Origin: Malacoraja senta
Taxonomy: Eukaryota
Direction: 5' to 3'
Assembly: GCA_038087875.1 (NCBI GenBank)
Contig: CM075988.1
Span: forward strand, 13,704,001 to 13,768,000
DNA length: 64,000 bases
Every line of letters begins with the position of its first letter. Positions within the stretch are counted from its first letter, which is position 1. This document shows positions 25,984 through 36,087 of the stretch, in pieces. Under the pieces are notes generated by a model, which was not told the DNA's origin, did no database searches, and was given only the letters and a program-made list of their open reading frames with translations. A program made the position numbers and the translations under genes.

Positions 25984-28719
25984 ATGGTCTTCTCAGAGTC
26001 TGCAAGTCAATGAATTGATTTTATCATGCAGAGGATGGTTTCCTGAATCACGGCTAAACCAGCAAATTTATTGTGTCTAGAATAACCATATAAAGTTCTA
26101 TTATCATTCCCAACATCAGCGGGAACCATGGCTGTATAGGCCAGTCAAGCACTACGAAAAATGCCTGAAGCAGGAACTTGCTGAATATTTGCAAGCCCCG
26201 TCTGATGAGGCAAATTGGAGGAAGACATAAAGGAACATTCCTCCCCAGTGTAGCGATAATGCATCCATCGCCACTAATATGCCACATATTTTTGCCACTG
26301 GTGTTTCAGCCTGGATGCAAGCATCTCGATCTTTTAGTGTTCCATCGAGCCACAATGTTATTAAATACTTTGTGATCCAACATCCATTCTGTGTTGTCAT
26401 TGATTTTACATGATGATACACCAGTGCCAAATGAGGTTAGGTAAACTATCACCGGATACTTTGACTTGATTGCACCCATGTGATTAACATATACCACCAC
26501 CAAAGTGTATCAACTTGGATTTGAGCATGCAGATTATGCATATTCGCATAAAACCTTTAATCCACAGAATGCACCTAGTATCTATAGGTAGTTGATACCA
26601 TATAACTGAAGAATTGGTAACTCATGCAAATCCCATCCGCCTCCGTAACTAGAGATGGTATTAGTAATTTTCCATCTTTGAGCAATTACATCAGTTTGTA
26701 ATTAACTGATTTACTGATGAAAAGTTAGTGGAGCAATGCTGAATACTGTTCGTCCACCATGGAGACTATGATAATTTCAGCTGGGAATAGCATAGGTCTG
26801 GTAACAGTGTCCTACATGGTACTTGAGAGCTTACTCCTTTGCACGCTGTATAGTTCTGATAATGCAAAGGACCAAATAGCAGCTGAAAGCCAATATATTG
26901 CCAATTACACTTGATGAATAGAAGGCTGCTTGATAACAAGGTTTACAGCTTCAATTAATTCCAATCTCTTGCCTCAGGGCAGAGTCCCAGACAGATTAAT
27001 AGAGTTAAAGGTAAATCCCAATAATCAATAATCTCAGTTGGTGTCAACTTAAATTTAACTGGATGGATGAGAAACCCAATTTCTCAAATATATTTTTGTG
27101 GCTGATACAGCTAATTTAGCAAAATACAGCGTTTAGAATATCATCCAGTTGGCCATAACAATTGTTTTTTAGCTCTGAGCAGCCGAAGCACTGATTTTAG
27201 TAATTTGGTAAATAACCTGGGAGCTGAAGTTAGCCCATTTTGCAACACTTTTAACTGTATCATTGCCCCATCCAGCTAAATTTCAAATATCTCCGGTGCC
27301 CTGTGAATGGAAACTGATCCCATGGAAGTAAAACAGTCATGAAGTTTCCTATTCAGAAATGTCTATACTGCACATGCGAGTTGAACCTGTTGACAATGAA
27401 CAGGCCACATCTGCCACAATTGTGAGCCTGCCTTGAAAGGCAACTCCGGCCATATTTCCGACAACTCTGGCCAATTTCCGAGCCTGTCTCGCTTGTATAC
27501 TGTGCAGTATAAACTAATCTCATGTTATCATTTTAATTTATAAACTGATCTGAATCTTATGTTATCATTGTCATCTGTACAAAAAACAAGTGTAAATATT
27601 ACCAACTTGTAAATGGTCCACATACCCCATGTTTTAGAAAGAACCAGACACACCTACCTTCATGGTTATCGGTGGTTTTATGGTAAGCCCAAAGGCCCTT
27701 GATGCGGGTTCTATTTCTGTCCTTGATTTGGAGAGTAGGACTGCTGGGGTACGTGGATTCCATATTTTTCCTGAGGGCCGGTTTTGGGCCTTGGCCTAAA
27801 AGACCTGCACCCAGCTTTCAAGCTGCCACCAGCTTCAGTGAACCGCTTCCTGCCGATGGAGGCTTGGGGTGTGTTGTCGCCGACACCTTTATTAGTCCGA
27901 CAGCTTTTTAAGTGTGCCTTGCACATCAAGACCAGGCCAGTAATCTTTTAAAATTTTGTCGGAGTTTCATTTCCTGGGTTTTCATGCTGCCTCCAATATC
28001 ACCCCAGATAGCGCTGTTCACTGCCGGCACTTTCAGGAACAATTTTCAGGTGCATGGTATCTCACCGCCGGCACCTGTTTCTGTAATGATGTAACGTGAG
28101 GTAGCTGCTGCTCCGCGAGGGGAACTCTGGCCCCTCCGGGTTTTCTGCCAATGGCTGGAAGCCAACTCTTCCAGTAGGAGCTCCTTCGTTTGCGAGGATA
28201 TCGCAACCCTTGATGCCATGTCATAAACTTCTGGAACCTCACGTATGTACTCCAGTATGTTCCCCGGACATACTTCCGAGTTTGGAGTCAGTTACCAACT
28301 GACCCCTCGCACTCACCTTCACAGAGAGGGAGATTTGTAAGCAGCCCTGAACGAGGTGCTGCCGCAGGCCCTCGAGGAGACCTGCGCTGATATGGCTCCT
28401 CCATGGACCATATGAGGATGGAACATTACCTTAGTGGGATGAACGCCCTGCAGACGTTATCCAAGCTCCATCTGGGTAAAAACGTCCGAGGATGTACCCA
28501 TGTCGGAGGGGAACCCTCCTGGCCTGACTTCTCAGTCTAGGCCTCTCGGTCTCCGTTTGGCTGTTCCCCTCTGCGGGCTGCCGGAGTCTGAAGTCGCCGT
28601 CGGCTATCAGCACCGCAGCCGCGTCTTCCCACGGTCCCCGTAGCCAAGGTTCCCCCCAGCCGGGTTACCACGGTCTTCCCACAGTCCCTGAAGTCGGGTT
28701 TCGCGGTCCCCGCCGCCGG

Positions 28720-29055
28720 GCTTCCCCCATGTAGACAGGATTCCCTGCGATGTCGGGCTTCCCCCGAGCCGGGTATCCTCACGGTTTCTGCAGCCGGGAT
28801 TCCCTCGCGGTACCTGTAGAAGGGATTCCCCACGATGTCCCGTAGTTGGGTTTCCCCCGAGCCGGGTATCCCCGCGATTTTCGCAGCCGGGAATCCCTCG
28901 CGGTCCCTGTAGAAGGGCTTCCCCGCGATGTCCCGTAGTCAGGTTTCCCCCACGAGCCGGGTATCCCCACGGCTTTCGCAGCCGGGACTCCCCCCGCAGT
29001 CCCTGTAGAAGGGCTTCCCCACGATGTCCCGTAGTCGGGTTTCCCCGAGCCGGGT
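28720..29055. repeat. GC-rich tandem repeat with a ~93-96 bp unit (about 3.5 copies) inside the DIRS 5' region
   Basis: gtagaaggg..ccccacgatgtcccgtagt recurs at 28816, 28909 and 29005, with a degenerate copy at 28731. Confidence 0.85.
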
Positions 29056-29884
29056 GGAGCCGGGATTTCGACCCCGGAACGTCTCCAGCAGGAACTCTGT
29101 AAAGAGCTTCCTGCAAGGAGAAACAGACCTGGAAAAAAGTTGAAAAAACTTACCTTCAGGTTTGACCGCTGGTGGAGCAGCGCGCCCCCAGTCCGTCGTT
29201 GTGCCATGCGTTAGACGATATGACGCACATGCGGGCTGGCGGGTTCTTCACGTAGTCACTCACGTGACTCCGAAGTAAAATGTGTTGTCTATGCCTAAGC
29301 GCCCCCTCCCAAACTAACTGCCTTGCAAGACTATCTCTGAAAGCAGTTCAGTGTCAATCTCATTGGTGAATCTGGAGTCATGTGCAAGGCAGACTGGGTG
29401 AGATTCCCTTCCTTGGAGGACACCAATGGACTGGATGTTTCCCAGAAAAGCTCTGGGTTGGCTCATAATACTTTTGACAAATATCAAAAAGCAGTACCAC
29501 TGCAATCTGAGGTGAAAGCACTGCTTTAATGCTCATCAGTTTTTATCTAATCTCTGAGGACTTAATAACAGCTGGAGTTACTTCGAAAAAAAATATTTGC
29601 ACTTATTAGTTTCCTGAGGTGTGGTTTGCAGCCGGTGGCATGAATATTGGATGACATGTTAAAGTTTGATGAGTGTTGCAATGTGAAATCTAATTGTCAT
29701 TCAGACCATGTGGGGGTGAAATTGGTCCAGTTAAGATAGTTCTGCTGAGAACGCAATCTGCCTTGGACTGCATTCAGTTCTAGATCACCCTAATAATAAG
29801 ATCACCTCGTGGTGCATAGCAGCAGGACGTCTGGGGGTATGCCCAAGGTTGCTTGTCACCCTGGCCTTTTCTTTTTCTTTTTCT

Positions 29885-30205
29885 TGCTTCTACCTTCTTG
29901 GAGAAGATATAAGGGCTTGAAAGTTCAGATAACCAAACTGAAGAACAACTTCTTTCCCACTGCTATCAGATTCCTGAACCTTTCGCCTCTACCTTAACTC
30001 TACCTTGTTCGCTTATTCTGTTTTTGTACTTCATTTTTTTGGAGGACTATTTTGGATTGCTCTCCATTCTTGCACCATTCTGCACTTTTGCAGTTGTCAT
30101 TGCATTTACCGTTTTATTTATCATCGCTGTATGGATATGGTTTATTCTGTGAGCTTCATGTGAAAAAGGAATTTCATTGCACCCTTGTGTATGTGACAAT
30201 AACCC
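29885..30205 (+). mobile_element. Rex1-type LINE 3' end remnant
   Basis: Peptide LLPSWRRYKGLK...KNNFFPTAIRFLN and tail ggaatttcattgcac...gtgacaataa. Confidence 0.7.
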
Positions 30206-31816
30206 AATTATGTAAAATAGCGGATAGTGAATTGGAACTTTGGTTTATTTTGTGTTTGCTTTTATTTTTCATTGACTTTGATGCAAATTTATTATGTACA
30301 TTTCTATGCTATAGCATAATACAATTTCACTCAGTATGTTTGAATGGTTCCTCCAAAAATGAAATTTATTGTATTAGCTACTAGGATCTTCAGTACAATA
30401 AATATCAGCTGGCCATAAATCGATGCCCAACATTATTTTCTCCTCCTTTAACATATTTCCTAACACATGCCTCTTTGACCAGCTTACCGATTCTAACACC
30501 ACCTTTTTTTTGACGGTGCTATTTATTTGCATTCTGGAGAGACACTTCTCTCCGATAAAGCCTCTAATTAAAAATAAGCTGTTCTATTTTTGTGATTATT
30601 GCCTCAAGAGTACAAACAGGTAATTTAGTCCTCTGGCTTTGTATTTATTAATTTTCTTTATTGTGAGTAGAATCTGATCTAAAGGCAAAACATCATAAGT
30701 AGTATAATTGAATTAGGCGAGAATTGTGACTCTGGGCATGGTGCAAAGTGGGTGGTCTAAAACTGGGCTGCTGTTATATCGAGCCACCTAATTCTGCTGT
30801 AGTGGAATAAGCCAATATGCACCAGGAGTAGCATATGGCCAATCCAATGCTGCCAATTATATGCAATTGCCCAAGGCAAGCTATTAAGAGAACATTTACT
30901 ATCAAACCTTTAATAGGCAACGTCAAGGAAATTCTAGGTTGGGATAATTTCCCCAAAGACAAAGGGCTGAGAGACAGAAACAGAACTGTTGTGATTTACC
31001 CCCATGAATGCAGGCAACATCAGGAACTTGGCATTCTCTCAACTACAAGTGGAAGCCAGAACTTGCTGTCAAGATTTCAGCCAGCAGTGAGTCTGACAGC
31101 AGAGAACACATTGCTGAGAATCCTTCTCAATTTTGCTCACTGATTCTGTTCTGTCAGCAAAAAAGAAAGTTAATGTTTGAATTATTTATATTTGCAGACA
31201 TGTTTTACAAAGTTAAAGTGTTTCAATTGTTTTAAATATATTTTTTACATATCTGATTTTAAAACAAATTAATAGTTTCAAATGATTCTGCATGCTAAGC
31301 ATTTTCACAAGCATTCCAAAAGTTTGATAACTTGGAGAGATGTCAAAGCCCGCAGTGAGACTTTACTATATGTTAGGTTAAGGGTTTTTTGTCCTTGTCT
31401 AACAGCCTGATGAGATTCGATCACTCCTTCCTGCACCATGCTGGGCTCTTACATCAGGTCACAATACTTCTGCTCAGCAAGTTTGGCTTGATGGATTTGA
31501 ACTGGGAAAGCGAGGTTCAAAGGGGTATCCAAGCCACAACTGCAGATAAGGGACTCCATAGCAAGATCCAGTGCAACAATCTTGGGAAATACTTGTTGCC
31601 GTGGAAAGTGGTCATTCCGTTAGGCAAAATCCAGTGGATAAGCAAATAATCAAAGGAAATCCAAACTTAAAATAGGAAATGCAGGAAAAGTGCAGTGGGT
31701 CAGGCAGTATCTTTGGGTGTGGAGAAACAAACAGGTCATGGAAAGAATAGAGCGAGCAGTTGGCTTTCTGCACAATTTCTTTCCAGCCTGAGTATTTCCA
31801 GTATTTACTGTTTTTC

Positions 31817-32597
31817 ATAATCATAATCATAACCATACTTTATTAGCTAAGTATGTTTGGCAACATACGAGGATTTTGATTTGCCATACAGTCATACCAT
31901 TAAAAAGCAGCAAAACACACAAAATACATTTTCACATGAACATCCACCACAGTGACTCCTCCACATTCCTCACTGTGATGGAAGGCGAAAGAAATGTTCA
32001 ATCTCTTCCCTTCATTGTTCTCCCGCAGTCGGGGGCCTCGAGCCTTTCGTTGACGGGAAGATCTTGGCTCCCATAGCCGGCGGTCGGGCCCTCCGCATCG
32101 AGGCGATCAAGACCCTGCATTGGGGGGATGTCAGCTCCCTGCACCGGTAGATCAACCCCGGGTTGGGGCTGGTCGAACCTTCTGCACCATTAGCAGCTTC
32201 CGTCATCAGTCTCTACCCGAGACTGCGTACTACTCGCTGTTGAAATCTGCAGGCCGCAGTTGGAGCATCGATCCCAGGCAAGGGATCGGTTCTGATGGTA
32301 AGTCCAAGTTCCCGCGGTGGTGCTCAAAGTCAGTCCCAAGCAAGGCCTCCAGCTCCGTGATGTTAGGCCGCAGAGCGACCGGAGATACGATCCAGAAAAC
32401 AATAGCAACTCCGGCAAGGTAAGAGATTTGAAAACAAGTTTCCCCAAACCCCCTCCCCCAGCCCCACCCCCCACATAAAACAAACCTGAGAGCATTAACA
32501 CATACTTTTAAAACACACTAAAAATAACAAAATAAAGATGAAAAGACAGACAGAATGTTGGCGAGGCTGCCATCGTGCAGGTGGTGCATTTTCAAGG
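31817..32597 (-). mobile_element. CpG-rich non-coding retro-element with a Rex1-type tail (copy A)
   Basis: The tail tttattagctaagtatgt matches the Rex1 fragment tail at ~8502-8520. It ends in (attatg)n and shares blocks with 41770-42665 and 48172-48906. Confidence 0.65.
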
Positions 32598-32669
32598 TGA
32601 ATTCCAGTATCATTTAGTTGATGATAAATATTGATTATTACATTCAATAAAACAGCTAAGATGTGAGAG

Positions 32670-33175
32670 AAAGACACAAAGTATTGGAGTAACTCAACAG
32701 GTCAGGCAGCATCTCTGCAGAACATGGAGAGGTGAAGTGTCGGGTCAGGACCCTTCTTCAGACTGTTTGTGTGTGTGGGGGGTGGGTGGCAGAAAGCTGG
32801 AAGAGGGAGGGGCAGGAAGGACAATGTCTGGCAGTTAATAGGTTGATGATACAGGTGAGTGGAGGTGTCTGATGGTGGACAAAGGCCAGAAATGAAAAGA
32901 CAGAAGGTGTGAGACAAAAGGATTGAAGAGTTGTGAATTGTGAAGGTAGAGGAAGGAATGCAGGTTGATGGGAGGGGGGATGGGGGAAATAGGTGCGAGT
33001 CAAGGTGAGACATGGGGGAAGGGGTTTAGGGGGAAGAAAGTAGAGAAGGGATTTTGTGAGGTGTGAACAATTTGGACTTGGAGACACAGAGTACTGTAGA
33101 TGTCAGAATCTGGAGCAAAAATAAACTGCTGGAGTAACTCAGCAGGTCAGGCAGCATCTGTGAAGGGAAATGTGC
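32670..33175 (-). mobile_element. Degraded Penelope pLTR remnants
   Basis: Two tails ggagtaactca.caggtcaggcagcatct and a purine-rich pLTR body similar to 1030-1140. Confidence 0.65.
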
Positions 33176-33871
33176 AGTTGAGACTGGAAACATTGACTTT
33201 CCACTGGATTCCTCCAGAGATTTTGACTTATTGGTTTTACACGATCCATTGTACATTTAGAGTAATAACCAAAGTAAATGATCCTTGCAGTAAATTACAT
33301 GTTAATTGATCATTTTCTCATGATTTAATTCACACATTGAAATTACTTTAAACATTTGTGCTATAATTTTCCAATTCCATTCCACTTGAAAGTTGCTGAG
33401 GTACAGTGGTGCGGCACTTAATGTTGCTGCCTCACAGCTCCAGTGACCTAGATTTGATACTGATTTCCAGTGCTATCTGTGTGGCATTTGTACATTCTCC
33501 CCATGACTATCTGGGTTTCTACTGGATGCTCCTCAATGTTGACTCCAAGGGTGGACAGTGGACAAGAGGATCAGGAATGTACTGACCACTGAATGCGTTG
33601 TCCGGTAATGCTTCTCCATGTAACCTCTGACCAGCTGTCAACACAATCTGACCCATCCGCTTTAATTTCAGGCCTCATGGAGTTTAACTTGCAATGGAAG
33701 TTGGTGAGTTGTTTTGGCAAAAGAGAAAAGACTCAGAGGGATGAATGGCCTTGTTCTATGCTTTTATGATTCAATGCAATGGTTGTACAGTTTTAGCATT
33801 ATAGAGTCATCCAGCAAGGAAGTAGGGCCTTTGATCCACTGAGTATTTGCTGACCATCAACCACCCATTTA

Positions 33872-34275
33872 GTAGGCCCACCTCGGTCATGACTGACCAT
33901 GGGTGATGCATCCTGGTCGGATACAAGCCCGGGCGATGTCATATGGAGGACAGGCTGTTACTCATGCAGCACGTCTCCACGTCGCTGATCGATCCAAAGG
34001 AACAGCAGGGCCGTTACAGTTTGGCACCAGCGCCGTCGCAGGAGCTGCCAGAGCGAGGTTGTAGACAAACGACGAACTGCCGTAGGCGCTCCGACTCCGG
34101 ATTTTCTTGAGGTTTACTCCTGGAGCCTTTTCCATGACTGGATATGGCCACAAGGCAGTGGAGGTTTAAAATCAGAGTTTTCCCTCTCCCAGGCTGACGA
34201 GCCCCATCTGCCCGAGACTCGTGGGGGTGGGAGCGTCCCACCTTCTATACCAGGTCTATAGCACTGGCCCACTGC
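33872..34275 (-). mobile_element. Bipartite non-autonomous RTE-like retroelement (5'UTR fused to the 3' end)
   Basis: An 11-bp TSD ccacccattta lies at 33861-33871 and 34276-34286. The minus strand has the RTE-5'UTR-like motif ggcagatggggctcgtcagcctgggagagggaaaactctga and a short 3' hairpin tail. Confidence 0.7.
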
Positions 34276-34896
34276 CCACCCATTTACATGAACACTATTC
34301 TAATCACAGTTCCACCCCCAAATATAAAATGTACAGTTTTTATTCTACTTAAAATTACACGTCCCTGTGTGCAAACCTAGAAGTGAGACTGAAGCGCCCA
34401 TTATATGAATGCTATGACCCTTCACCATTCTGCTTTGATGTTACAGCATCTCATCAGCACTGATGCAGGAATTATCGCAGCAAAATCCTGCGGTAGCAAG
34501 GTAACCAAGGCAGCAACTTCCTGATGGCCCCATTTGTGTGGGGTCAACAGAAATTACTGTTCAATTGACACTTTAGAACTCGCGCAGGCTGCTATTCTCA
34601 CAATTAATTTACCCACAAAACCTGGCAACATGTGGATTGCTCAATCAATTGGTACCAAAATGTGCTGTCTGCATCCTGTAGGTGCTTGAAAAGACTCAAT
34701 AATTCCAGGAAATGATCAAAGAGAGAGAGCGATCAGCAAACGACTCTCAGCAGGGGATCTATCTACTGAGCTGTGTTGTGGGTTGCTGCAGTTTACTTCA
34801 ATGAAGCGTAGACACATAATGAAGCATCCTCAGCTATGCACAGATGTGTGCACTTGATCTGCAAATATATACATTAGGAAGGGGGTGATATATTAG

Positions 34897-35136
34897 GGGC
34901 GGCACAATGGCTCAGCGGTTGAGGTGTTGTCTTACAGCGCAGAGACCCGGGTTTGGTCCTTACTACGGTTGCTGTCTGTATGGAGTTTGTATGTTCTCCC
35001 TGTGACTGCGCAGATTTTCTCCAGTTTCCAAAGACATTGCCCCATGTTTGTAGGATAGTGCTAGTGTACGGTGTGATTGCTGGTCAGTGCAGACTCTGTG
35101 GGCCAAGGGGCTTGTTTCCGTGCTGTATCTCTCTAA
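34897..35136 (+). mobile_element. V-SINE with an internal deletion
   Basis: Head ggggcggcacaatggctcagcgg, V-domain and CR1-like tail. Confidence 0.8.
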
Positions 35137-36087
35137 AGTATAAGGGTTTTGCAGGATGTATTTTCCTTTTCAACTAGAACTAGAATAGATTTCTAAGAAA
35201 TTGTATTATTGACATTACAACATCATAGATTCATGTAACCACTTGCAACTTTTTCCTGGTTCACAAGTAAGGATGATCAATGCTTCATTTGGGAGGTTAA
35301 TTCTAACACTGACATCTTTGAATTTCACCTCCATCACTTGAAAATCACTTTAAATTGTTTATTTATTCCCTTTTCTACTCTGGTCAAGCAAGCAGCCAAT
35401 TATTTTCACTTCCATCTTTTGCTCACAGTTGGAAATGTTGATACACTTCCCATATTAAGTTGCCCTTCAAAAGTACAGCAATGTTTCAGCATAACTGATC
35501 TTATTAAAACTCTGAAATAGGATCAGACATTCCCATCAGATATGAAGTTCCAGCTTCTTTCCTGAACCTTGAAGAACATACCTACAAAAATTGACATCAA
35601 TTTCCCTTTTTTGATGTGTTGAAATTGAGCAGAGTTGTAGGAGGAGAATCAACGGTCAGCAACAGCCCATCACTTTGTGGACTGTTTGATTGTTTTCATG
35701 TCGTCCTTTCTCTGACTGAATGACACGCAAACCAAAGCTTTACATTAGGAAAAGGGGAGATGCAACGAGACCTGGGTGTCATGGTACACCAGTCATTGAA
35801 AGTAGGCATGCAAGTGCAGCAGGCAGTGAAGAAAGCGAATGGTATGTTAGCATTCATAGCAAAAGGATTTGAGTATAGGAGCAGGGAGGTTCTACTGCAG
35901 TTGTACAGGGTCTTGGTGAGACCACACCTGGAGTATTGCGTACAGTTTTGGTCTCCTAATCTGAGGAAGGACATTCTTGCCATAGAGGGAGTACAGAGAA
36001 GGTTCACCAGACTGATTCCTGGGAGGTCAGGACTTTCATATGAAGAAAGACTGGATAGACTCGGCTTGTACTGAGTCTATCCAGTCT

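Larger units (their letters stand above)
23584..29281 (-). mobile_element. DIRS-type tyrosine-recombinase retrotransposon with intact termini and decayed ORFs
   Basis: ITRs at 23657-23690 and 29221-29254; internal complementary region at 23806-23918. Minus-strand remnants include RT (NGLTSAPRLFTKLLK...LDDIL, ~27135-27240), RNase H (VVYVNHMG), an MT-like segment (VVLDWPIQPWFP) and YR (FKSHSTRAA...ILAAAGWS...FQTFY). Confidence 0.92.

Noticed and set aside
29111..29153. GTAAGT donor and ttgcAG acceptor on the DIRS sense strand as an intron
   Set aside because: The spacing of about 43 nt is too short for a normal vertebrate intron, and use of the donor with a distant acceptor cannot be shown from sequence.
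28431..29207. Overlapping Gly/Arg/Pro-rich ORFs as host genes
   Set aside because: They are explained by the GC-rich tandem repeat inside the DIRS element.
30835..31143. 102-aa ORF in unique sequence
   Set aside because: No recognisable domain, no convincing splice signals, and the length is within chance expectation.
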